DNA from: Dictyostelium discoideum | Taxonomy: Eukaryota | Assembly: GCA_000004695.1 (NCBI GenBank) | Contig: CM000152.2 | Span: 2,304,001-2,368,000 of the forward strand | Direction of reading: 5' to 3' | Length of the DNA: 64,000 nucleotides | Shown: in pieces, positions 50,365 through 64,000 of the stretch | How positions within the stretch are numbered: the stretch's first letter is position 1 | Layout: each line of letters starts with the position of its first letter | The notes under the pieces: generated by a model | The model's input: the letters and a program-made list of their open reading frames with translations, nothing else | Told to the model about the DNA's origin: nothing | Databases searched by the model: none | Translations under genes and position numbers: made by a program

Positions 50365-51712
50365 ATGACAAACCCCGAAAACACACCAATGACAACCACA
50401 AATGAAGGAGGAAAAGGATTAACAGAATATGAAGCTAAGATCTATGATAGAAGTATTAGATTATGGGGTGTTGATGCACAAGCTAAATTGCGTCAAAGTA
50501 AAGTATTATTCATTGGAATCAATGGTTTAATGTCTGAAATTATAAAAAATGTTGTTTTAGCTGGTGTTGATTCAATTACATTGGTAGATGACCATATTAT
50601 AACAACTTCTGATTTATCTGCTCATTTATTTATTAATGAGGATTCTGTTGGTAAAGTTGTAAGTAATAAATATTACACACACATAGATATATATATATAC
50701 CACCCTCTTTCTTTCCTTTTTTTTTTATTATTTCATTTATAAAGATCTTAAGAAATTTATTTGTACTAATAAAGAAATAAAATAAATAAAAAAAAAAAAA
50801 AAGATATCTACAGAATCAGTATTTGCAATTAGTGAATTAAATCCATTAGTTACAATTGATGTTTATGATAAAGAAATTGAAACTATGGATGATCAATTCA
50901 TTAAAAATTATACAATGGTTGTAATATCTGATAAAAATTTAAATAATGTTTCAAAGGTAAATTCATTATGTAGAAAAAATAATGTATCATTTATATTTAG
51001 TCATAGTTTTGGTTTAAAAGGTTTATTTTTCTCTGATTTAAATGAATTTAAATATTTTACAAAGTAGGTAAATTTATAATAATTATTTATTATTTTTTAA
51101 TCTTAATTTATTTATTAAAATTTTTTTTTTCCTTTTATAAAATTAAATAATTAATAGAACAACAACAGAACCACCAAAAACAGAAACACATATATCAATT
51201 TTTAAATCATTTAAAGAATCAATGGGATATGATTGGAGTAAAACAAATAGTAGAACACCATTACCATTTTTTGCACTTTCAACATTATATCAATTTGAAG
51301 AAAAACATAATAGGGTACCTGATAATATTTCAGATTCAGATTTATCTGAATTAAAATCAATTATTAATTCTTCAATTGAAAAGTTTAATTTAAAAAATAC
51401 TGATTCAAATAAATACTTTGAAGAAACTAAGTATGTTTATTATTATAATTATTATAATTTTCAAATTTTTATAATAATAAATTTAATTATAATAATTTAT
51501 TAGCGCTAATATTAATATTATTATTATTATTATTATTCTTTAATAGGGATTTATTAAATAAAATGAATATAGAAATTTCACCAGTTTGTGCAATTGTGGG
51601 TGGGATTGTTGGTGCTGAAATTATTAAAATTATTACTCAAAATATGCAAGTTCTTAATAACTTTTTCTTTTATGATGGCGTCAAAGGTACAGGTTTAGTT
51701 GAACAATTTTAA
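50365..51712 (+). CDS. sae1: SUMO-activating enzyme subunit 1 (SAE1/AOS1); model join(50365..50658,50804..51063,51158..51430,51547..51712), about 330 aa
   Basis: YEAKIYDRSIRLWGVDAQAKLRQSKVLFIGINGLMSEIIKNVVLAGVDSITLVDDH aligns with human SAE1 ([42 protein letters not shown]). The C-terminal exon SPVCAIVGGIVGAEIIKIITQNMQVLNNFFFYDGVKGTGLVEQF matches APVCAVVGGILAQEIVKALSQRDPPHNNFFFFDG. Junctions are GTAAGT / AAAAAG (phase 0), GTAGGT (unusual donor) / AATAG (phase 2), GTATGT / TTTAATAG (phase 2). Confidence 0.75.
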
Positions 51713-52583
51713 AAAATAAAAAATAAAAAAAAGATATTGTAAATCAAGAAAAAAAAAAAAATAAAAATAAAAAATTCTATTTTAAGTCATGGTGGAAAAA
51801 AAAAAATTAGTGAAAAATAAAAAATTTTTTTTTATTACTTTAAAAATTATTAATTATACAAGATTTATTTTTATTTATTTTTATTTGTTTTTATTTTTTT
51901 TTTTTTTTTTCTAAACACTTTTAATTTTATGATTAATTTTTTTTTTTATTTTTTTTTTTTTTGTTTTTACTTTAAAAACATAAACACACTCATTACCACA
52001 TATAAAATAAATAGTCATTGATTTCCAAGATAAATCTTTTTTAAAAATATTAGTTGTTAATGATTCCACTATTATATTTTTATATGGTAATTGACCATAT
52101 TAAAAAAATGATTAAAAAATTAATACTATCTTTTTTTTTTTAATCCAAAACAATTTCATTGATTTTTTTGGAAATAAACCAATCATATTTGTCTGTGAGT
52201 GTATTATAGATTATTGAAAATGAATAAATATGTTTAATAATCACACACCCACCCTATAAAAATTATAATAAAATTTAAAAATTAAAAATTAGCTATAAAA
52301 GGTTTAATATGTCATTTGATTTAAAGAGAAATAAATATCTTTAAAAAATTATTTTATCATTAATTAGTTATTATTTTTTATTTTTTTTTTTTGTAAAAAA
52401 TAAATAAATAAATATAAAATTAGAAAAATAATTTAAAACAAAAACAAATAAATATAAATAAATATATAAAAACAAAAAAAAAAAAAATGAATATATAAAA
52501 AATCTCAATTATACTATTAAAATAATAATAATACAAAATTTTGTAAAAAAACTTTATAAAAAATAAATAAATATAAATAAATA

Positions 52584-54923
52584 ATGATAAAGAATTTAAA
52601 ATTAATATTACTATTAATTTTAGTAATATTATATTTATCAAATGATTTAGTAAATTGTAAAACTACACCAACATTGGATGAATCAATTGAAAAAACCACT
52701 AAATCTGAAGAAATTGTAACTGAAACTAAACCAACAACAACAGTAACAGAATCATCACCAATTACAAAAGCTCCAACAATAACAAAGAAACCAATGACAA
52801 CAGTCAAACCATTATTAATGGAAGATAGTGATGATGTATCCACAACAAGTGCTAGTAAAAAGCCTGGAGATCCAAAATTCGATCCAAAATCATTGTTTTT
52901 ATGTGGTACTGATATTGAAGAAGATTTATCAGAAGGATCAAATTTTATTGCTGCAAAATCAACCGCCAAAGATGATCCATATCAATGTTATCTAAGTCCA
53001 AAGAATGTTAAGTTTGGTAAAGCAATGACATTAAAATTAGAAAATAAATTATGTGGTGGTAGTGGTGGTAGTATTGTTGATGATAGTAGTAGTGGTGGTG
53101 ACAGTAGTAGTGGTAGTGGCGATAGTGGAAGTGGTAGTGGTAGAGGGGTTGAAAGTGGTGATGTTGGTAAAAGTGTTGATGATATACTTGTAAGTGGTAA
53201 ATCAGTTATATCATCAATTGCTAGTCCAATAAATTGTTTAGATCATAAAATTAGTTGTGCAGAAGTTGAACATTCTGATAAAATGACATATGGTGTTTAT
53301 TCGGTTGTAATGGCAGCAGCACCAGCATCAAACACTGTAACAAAGATATATGCATCCACAGGTGGTAAAGGTCAATATTCTGATATTTACTTTAAAGTTG
53401 AAGGTAATACAACCGTATTGAAATATGGATATACATCATATGGTAAAGTCACTGAATTTAAAAATACAATCTCTGGTTCATCATTTTCAATTGCAAATAA
53501 TTATACTTTTTACTACTCACAAGATACTTTAATTTGGTATTTTAATACTCGTCAACAAGGTGAAATCAACACAAAATACGCCGGACCAAAATCACCACCA
53601 CCACCATTAAGATTCCGTATCTCGTTAACTAATAATGAAAATAAACAAATCAAAGACGCTTCACTACCAACAGTTGCAAGTGTTAAAACATTCACCTATA
53701 CAAGTGTAAAATGTCCAAGTGATTCAGAATCTGAAGAAGAAAATAATTGGGGACCACAAAAAGCAAGTTATAAATATTTTTCAAGTAATTGTACAACCTA
53801 TAGACCCTATTGGATTTTCAATGATACATTGAATGAAGAGTTGGGCTGGACAACTGAACTTTCTAATGGTACTCTAAGAATTCAAAATACTTATTTCCAA
53901 CGTATTGGTGATAATATTGCCTTTGGGTTCAATGAGTATGCAAAGAATTTACGTTTTTCAAATCGTATTGCTTTTCCAATTAAAAGACACAAGTATTTAA
54001 TGTTTTGGATGAATGGTGGTTATAAAGGTAGTCAAAGTTTAGCAATCTATCTTACTTATAAAAAGAGTAAAATCGGGTCAGTAAATCTTGGTGATTTTAT
54101 AATTGGTGGTATTCAAAAGGAGCATTGGTACAAAGTCATCATCCCAATGAAATCATTCCAAATCACACCACCAACTATCACTTTAATGGATGGATTTATG
54201 ATTCAACCAACATATGATGGTTATATGGATATGGCATATTTTGATGACGTAATGTTCTCTAATGGTTCAATTTGTATGGAACCCTTAGGTCAAATGGATG
54301 TATTCAAAAATGGAAAACTAGAAAATGGTGACCCAACTCAATCAGTTGCCAATGTTAATTTCGATTCAGTTGCAATGAAATATAAAGGTAAAGCAACCAT
54401 TGAATATCAAATTGAAAATGTCAATAGATTACAATTAAACTTTATGAATGGTAGTATTGGTATAGATGAATATGATGGTATGATTTTCAATATGTTTTAT
54501 TACCCAGACAATGCATACATTTATCAAGGTCAAGAAGATCTAGAAGCATCACAACACACATACCAAAGACCATTAGATTGTAAAATTTGTTTATTAAATG
54601 AAGCTGGTACTGGTGAATTCCCATGTTTATCACTCTCTGAATATGTTGGTGGAATCTTCCCAAGTAATAAATGGATTCAATTAAGTATACCATGGAATGA
54701 TTTAGCCGTTGATTTCTATGGTGCTCATGTTGGTGGTGTTATAATTAAAACTGATTTAGGTGGTATTCATCAAGGTACACTTTATATTAGTCAAATTTCA
54801 GCTGCAAAATATAAACCACCTCATGTTGATGATGATTCTTCAAATTCTTTCAAATTATTACCAACAACAACAAATTTAATTTCAATTTTATTAATTTCAT
54901 TTTATTTTTTATTCATTTTTTAA
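52584..54923 (+). CDS. hypothetical secreted/GPI-anchored-type glycoprotein (779 aa) with N-terminal signal peptide, Thr/Pro-rich mucin-like stalk, Gly/Ser-rich linker and C-terminal hydrophobic tail
   Basis: Signal peptide MIKNLKLILLLILVILYLSNDLVNC. The TTPT/TTVT-rich segment is a likely O-glycosylated stalk, followed by many N-x-S/T sites. The terminal LLPTTTNLISILLISFYFLFIF is typical of a GPI-attachment signal. No catalytic motif recognised. Confidence 0.6.
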   Translation: MIKNLKLILLLILVILYLSNDLVNCKTTPTLDESIEKTTKSEEIVTETKPTTTVTESSPITKAPTITKKPMTTVKPLLMEDSDDVSTTSASKKPGDPKFDPKSLFLCGTDIEEDLSEGSNFIAAKSTAKDDPYQCYLSPKNVKFGKAMTLKLENKLCGGSGGSIVDDSSSGGDSSSGSGDSGSGSGRGVESGDVGKSVDDILVSGKSVISSIASPINCLDHKISCAEVEHSDKMTYGVYSVVMAAAPASNTVTKIYASTGGKGQYSDIYFKVEGNTTVLKYGYTSYGKVTEFKNTISGSSFSIANNYTFYYSQDTLIWYFNTRQQGEINTKYAGPKSPPPPLRFRISLTNNENKQIKDASLPTVASVKTFTYTSVKCPSDSESEEENNWGPQKASYKYFSSNCTTYRPYWIFNDTLNEELGWTTELSNGTLRIQNTYFQRIGDNIAFGFNEYAKNLRFSNRIAFPIKRHKYLMFWMNGGYKGSQSLAIYLTYKKSKIGSVNLGDFIIGGIQKEHWYKVIIPMKSFQITPPTITLMDGFMIQPTYDGYMDMAYFDDVMFSNGSICMEPLGQMDVFKNGKLENGDPTQSVANVNFDSVAMKYKGKATIEYQIENVNRLQLNFMNGSIGIDEYDGMIFNMFYYPDNAYIYQGQEDLEASQHTYQRPLDCKICLLNEAGTGEFPCLSLSEYVGGIFPSNKWIQLSIPWNDLAVDFYGAHVGGVIIKTDLGGIHQGTLYISQISAAKYKPPHVDDDSSNSFKLLPTTTNLISILLISFYFLFIF

Positions 54924-55061
54924 ATTAAAATAAAAATATGTTTTAAAAATATAAATATAAATTAAAAAAAAAATTAAAATATAAAAAAAAATTAAAATAA
55001 TAATAATTAATAATAAAAATAATTATAAAATTATTTTTTTTATTTTTATTATTTTTTATTA

Positions 55062-56147
55062 TTAATCGTTATTACCATTATTACTATATAACTTATCACT
55101 AGTATAACGATAATAAGTTGAATTTGATAATAGATTGGCTTTTTCTTCATCTTTTGATAATGGTGCAAATGCTTTTCTAAAGATAATGACAAAAACAGTG
55201 AAAGCGATAACAATTATTAAACCAATGACAACAATGAAAATGATATTGAAAAGGGATGATGGTGGCTTAACCCATATGACTTCTCTATTATCGTGTTTAT
55301 TATAATAACATGTTTGAATTGAACCAATTTTAATTTGATGTAAATATGAATCTACCTTTGTTGAATCATCACTCCATAATCCATCGATATCGCCTTGTTG
55401 TAATTCATTATCAGTATCATTGAATGAAACATGAAATAAACCTTGATAACATGTTATAACTTTTGAAATATCACCTTTGCTATTACTATTACTATTTGAT
55501 TCTTTTATTATTAAATTTATTAATTTATTATTTATTTCTTCATTATCACCATCATTGTCACCATTATCACTACTACTACCATTATTAAAATATTGAGCAT
55601 TATTACTATTAAATTTGTAAAAATCCTTTTCATAACTATACCACCATGACTCTTCATTTAATTTTTGACAACTGTCTGGACCATGTGTCTGATTTTTACT
55701 TATATAATCAATTGATTTTAAATAACATTTTGTTTGAATAAATTTAAAACTTTCGAATGTCTATAATAATAAAAAAATAAATAAATAAATAAATAAAAAA
55801 ATATATAAAATTAATATGTGTTAAAATAATTAAATAAAATAATAAAAAAAAAAATGAAAAACTTACTAATTGAGATGTACTAAAAAATATAAAGAATAAT
55901 AATGAAGCAATTGAAAATATAAAAAATATACCAACAATAATTGTCAATACTTTATATTTAAATCTTCGTTTATTTTTTGATTCTTTATTTTTATTTATTA
56001 AAATATCATGGTAATATCCGCTACTTCTTTTTTCGATTTCACTATTATACATTGGATCATAATTATTATTATTATTATTATTATAATTATTATTATTATT
56101 ATTATAATTATTATTATTATTATAATAATTATTATCAAAACTATTAC

Positions 56148-56211
<64 letters not shown>

Positions 56212-56219
56212 ATTATTCA

Positions 56220-56280
<61 letters not shown>

Positions 56281-56328
56281 TATACTAGAATTATTTTCAT
56301 TGCCACTTATATCAAAGTCATTTCCCAT
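55062..56328 (-). CDS. hypothetical two-pass membrane protein with polyN N-terminus and Cys-containing extracellular loop; model complement(join(55062..55760,55867..56328)), about 386 aa
   Basis: Exon 1 (MGNDFDISG...polyN/Y...RRFKYKVLTIIVGIFFIFSIASLLFFIFFSTSQL) ends at a GTAAGT donor (55866..55861). Acceptor TTATTATAG (55761) opens TFESFKFIQTKCYLKSIDYISKNQTHGPDSCQKL... which includes a second TM helix (IIFIVVIGLIIVIAFTVFVIIF) and a short C-terminal tail. It lacks the CDC50 FKQQ.LPAW motif and P2X motifs, so the family is unassigned. Confidence 0.5.
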
Positions 56329-57307
56329 TTTTTTTTATTTTTATTTTGGTTGTTTATTTTAGTAGTTTTTTTTTTTTATTATTTTTATTTTATTTTTGTT
56401 TATTTTTATATTTTTTAAAGATAAAAATAAGACTTTATGGTTTATTTATTTATTTATTTATTATTTTTAATTTATAATCTATTATTTTTTGAAATTAAAT
56501 ATTTATTTTTATTTTTATTTTTAACTTTTATTTTTAATTTTTAATTTTTCCTATTTTTTTATTTTTATTTTTTTTTTTTTTAAAAAAAAAATCTCCTTTT
56601 TTTTTTTACTATTTAAGGTCAAATATTATTTTCATATGTCAAATATCTTGAAAAAAAATTTTAAAAAAAAAAAAAAAATAAAAAAAAATTAAAAAATAAA
56701 AAAAAATTAAAAAAAAAGAAAATTAATTGTATGGGAAAAAAAAAAAAAAAGTGATATTTGTAAGAGTAATTAAGTAAAATCTATTTACCAAAAAAAATAA
56801 ATTAAATAAAGTAAAATAAAAAAAATAAAAATAAAAAAAAACAATTGAAAAATTTATAGAAATTTATAAGTGTGTGTGTGTGTGCGTGCTTGTATGTGAG
56901 TTAGGGAAATGTGTTAAAATCGTATTGATAAAAATCTATTGGCAGTGAACGAGTGTAATTAATATTTATTTTAATGATAATGATGATATTAAATTTATTT
57001 ATTTATTAATTTGTTTACTAATAGATAAAAAAAATTTTAATACTTTAAAAGGAAAAAATGATGGAGAGGTGTGATGATGAAAATAATAAGTGTCACTATT
57101 AAACAGCGTTGATATTAATTTTATCAAAATATTATTTATTTTTTATTTTTTTTTTTTTCAAAATTTGCAAACCAACAACATTTTAAGTTGAAAAATTAAA
57201 AATAAAAAATAAAAAATAAATTAAAAAAATTTAAAAAAAATTATTTTTTTTTTTTTTTTTTTTTTTTCTTTTTTTTTTTTTATTTCTTTTTTATCCACCA
57301 TCACCAC

Positions 57308-57315
57308 ATACACAC

Positions 57316-57346
<31 letters not shown>

Positions 57347-57347
57347 A
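57308..57347. promoter_or_regulatory. (CA)n / C-A-rich element about 60-100 bp upstream of the TAP42-like gene start
   Basis: catacacacacacgcacacacacacacacacacacacacaaagaccctcccaaactcg is read directly from the sequence. CA-rich elements are known developmental promoter elements (G-box/CAE class) in Dictyostelium. No function is shown here. Confidence 0.3.
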
Positions 57348-57406
57348 AGACCCTCCCAAACTCGTTTTCTTTTTTTTTTTTTTAAAAATAAAAATAAAAA
57401 ATAAAA

Positions 57407-58691
57407 ATGAACGATTCAAATAACCAAAATAATGAAGTAAATGAAACTTCAACAACATCCACTACAACTACAACTACCACCACAACAACATCAAACGATA
57501 ATAATAATAATAATAATAATAATAATAGTAACAGTAATAGTATACATGATTTTACATTATTTGAATCATTCACATGGGGTCAAAAAATATATATTGAACT
57601 TGATGAATCACCAATGTCAACAAGTGATCCAGAATATCAAAAACAAGTTAAATCATCAATTACACACTTTTTTACAGCATCAATGAATGTATCAAAACAA
57701 CAAATTTTCTCAAAAAATGAAGAATTGGAAGATATTAGAACTGATTCTTTAAAATATTTATTAATTCCATATTATTTATCTGAACTTTATTTAAAAATTA
57801 CTGGTTCTGATAGAATTAAATTTTTAAGAACTTCAAAAGTAAGTAAAAAAAAAAAAAAAAAAAATTAAAAAATTAAAAAAAAATTAAAATGAGATCTATG
57901 CTATTGACAATAGTTTGAAAATATAATTTTATATTCATTAAAAAAAACAATTATACCCTTTATTAACATTTTATTATTTAACAAAGCAAAAAGTATTATC
58001 ATTTTTACAAGAATGTGAAAGATTAAAATTAATGGATAAAGAGGATTTAGAAATTGTTCATAGGGAAGGTAAATCAGATCCAGTTAATAGAAGAAATGAA
58101 TTGATAAGTAGAAATAAGAGAAATAGAGAGATTAAAGATAAGTTGGCATATACAGTTAAAAAGAGAATTGAAATATTGAAAGCAGCAGGTAAAGATTCAT
58201 CAGAGATTGAAGAGAGTGATACAGGTGACGAGGAATTGGATAGACAATTCTCAATGTTATTAATTAATGAAGCGATATTTAAAGCAATTGGGTTATTGGA
58301 AACTATTGAAATCGAACTTCCAATGCTTCAACAAATTGAAGTTATTAAAGAACAAAACGGTGGTGTTGTGCCACCACCAAAGGTATCCACCAAAGGTAGT
58401 GGTATAGGTAATTTTCAAATCTTGCCAGATGGCAGAAGAATTGCATTGGATCGTGTTTTTAGACCAAGTCATATCTTACCAACTATGACTCCTCAAGAAG
58501 GTGCCGAATGGGATATGCACCATGGTGGTATGGTAAAGGGCAAAGGTGGTAAAGAAAGCGAAGCAAAAGAAAAAACTGACGAAGATTTAGATGCTGAAGA
58601 TGATGATGATGAAAAATTAAGAGAAAAAAGAAATTGGGATAATTATAAAGAAGATAATCCTAAAGGTTGGGGTAATTCATTAAGAAGATAA
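57407..58691 (+). CDS. TAP42 / alpha4 (IGBP1)-like PP2A-family phosphatase regulatory protein; model join(57407..57838,57987..58691), about 378 aa
   Basis: The C-terminal region RPSHILPTMTPQEGAEWDMHHGG...EDDDDEKLREKRNWDNYKEDNPKGWGNSLRR matches the TAP42/alpha4 C-terminus (LPTMT...REWDDWKDTHPRGYGN). Exon 1 ends ...FLRTSK at a GTAAGT donor (57839). Acceptor AACAAAG (57986) continues QKVLSFLQECERLKLMDKEDLE in phase 0. Confidence 0.75.
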
Positions 58692-59600
58692 AATAAAAAA
58701 TAAAAAAATAAAAAAAATAAAAAATAAAAAAATAATAATTATAAATAATAATAATAAAAAAAAAAAAAAAAAAAAAAAAGATAAAAATAGATGGTTTTTT
58801 TTTTATTTTTTTTTTTTTTTTTTTTTTTCAAAAAAAAATCGATTACTTTTTTTTTTTTTTTATTTCTTTTTTTTTTTATTTTTTTTTATCATTATTTTAA
58901 TTTAATTTTTAATTTTATTTTTATTTTTAAAATGATTATTATTTATAAGAAAAAAAAAATATCATCAAGTAATGGAAAACTCAAAAGTTGATTGCTTTTT
59001 TCAAATAAGCAATTCAATCTGGCAAAAATTATCATAAATTTTTTTTTTTTTTTTTTTTTTTTATTTTTAATTTTCTTTTTCTTCCACATAAAAAAAAAAA
59101 ATCACCAAAAAAAAAATAAAAATAAAAAAAAAAATAAAAAAAAAAAAAAAAAAAAAAAAAATTTTCAGTTGAGAGTCTCATCATTTTTTTTTTTTTTTTA
59201 TATATATATTTATAGGTTTTTTTATAAAAAGAACGCATATAAATAAATATAAAAATTAATTAATTTAAAAAATAAAAATTAGTAATAGAGAAAAAAAAAT
59301 AAAATAAAAAAAAAAAAGAAAAGAAAAGAAAAATTTTAATTGTATTTTCACACTTTTTTTTTTTTGAAAATTACTACAAAATTTTAATTAAAAAAAAAAA
59401 CAAACAACCAAAAATATTTTCACACACCACACATTGTATAATAGTAAAAAGTAATAAACTATATAAATAAAAGTAATAAAGTTAAAATAAATAAAATTTT
59501 AAAAAAATAAACGAAAAATTACAATCAATCAAAATTCAAAAAAAAAAACAAAAAAACAAAAAAAAAAAAACAAAAAAAAAAATAAAAAATTGTTTTTTAA

Positions 59601-59705
<105 letters not shown>

Positions 59706-59768
59706 TTGATATTAGTAAACTTAATATAAATTAATAAATAATAATAAGAATAATAATAAAAACCACAT

Positions 59769-59799
<31 letters not shown>

Positions 59800-59862
59800 C
59801 ACACAAATAAATAAAACAATAGTGTAAGAATATATTAATATAGTCATATAAAAATAATAATA

Positions 59863-64000
<4,138 letters not shown>

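Noticed and set aside
55062-56328. CDC50/LEM3 or P2X receptor identity for the 2-TM protein
   Set aside because: Lacks the CDC50 pre-TM1 motif (FKQQ.LPAW) and the P2X conserved Lys/NFR/Cys pattern, and the ectodomain (~190 aa) is too short for P2X.
55977-56418. Plus-strand poly-Y and poly-I ORFs 55977..56288 and 56008..56418
   Set aside because: Antisense of the polyN tract of the 2-TM membrane protein gene.

Overview
This 64 kb window is very AT-rich eukaryotic nuclear DNA with the hallmarks of Dictyostelium discoideum, so the gene models below are spliced eukaryotic models.

- Evidence for the organism: long poly(A)/poly(T) intergenic tracts, short AT-rich introns with GTAAGT/GTATGT donors and (A/T)nAG acceptors, polyN/polyQ/polyT coding repeats, and a polyubiquitin gene whose repeats carry the Dictyostelium-type residues ([11 protein letters not shown]).
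- Coordinates come from hand-indexing the printed sequence and may be off by 1-2 nt.
- The ORF track also treats TTG/GTG/CTG as start codons, so a track 'M' is not always ATG.

I can support about 27 protein-coding genes, most with 2-4 exons assembled by hand from track ORFs plus splice signals:
- Recognised products: JmjC-domain protein, ERG25-like sterol C4-methyl oxidase, membrane-anchored aldehyde dehydrogenase, pentameric polyubiquitin, LYR-motif protein, LKB1 kinase (lkb1), cytochrome P450 plus an adjacent frameshifted P450 pseudogene, proteasome lid subunit Rpn8/PSMD7, HCNGP/SAP30BP-like protein, SAP+2xRRM+RGG+polyQ RNA-binding protein, SUMO-E1 small subunit SAE1/AOS1, TAP42/alpha4-like PP2A regulator, and a BAR-PH-ArfGAP-ANK (ACAP-type) ArfGAP running off the 3' end.
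- Several lineage-specific hypothetical proteins: an atypical kinase-like protein, an NTF2-like protein, a WKF-domain protein, a secreted mucin-like/GPI-type glycoprotein, and a 2-TM membrane protein.
- One tRNA-Cys(GCA).
- A 100-N assembly gap embedded in extreme homopolymer.
- Many microsatellites, including introns built almost entirely of (ATT)n.

The most unusual structure is a ~1.95 kb tandem repeat (3 units, ~21.4-26.5 kb):
- Each unit carries a 162-175 aa gene of an unrecognised family (MESLLPQFNTISLIHP...CLIK).
- A fourth, more divergent paralog lies 3.4 kb away across an ORF-free stretch.
- The units share conserved GC-richer non-coding blocks.

No CRISPR arrays, prokaryotic operons or transposon ends were seen.
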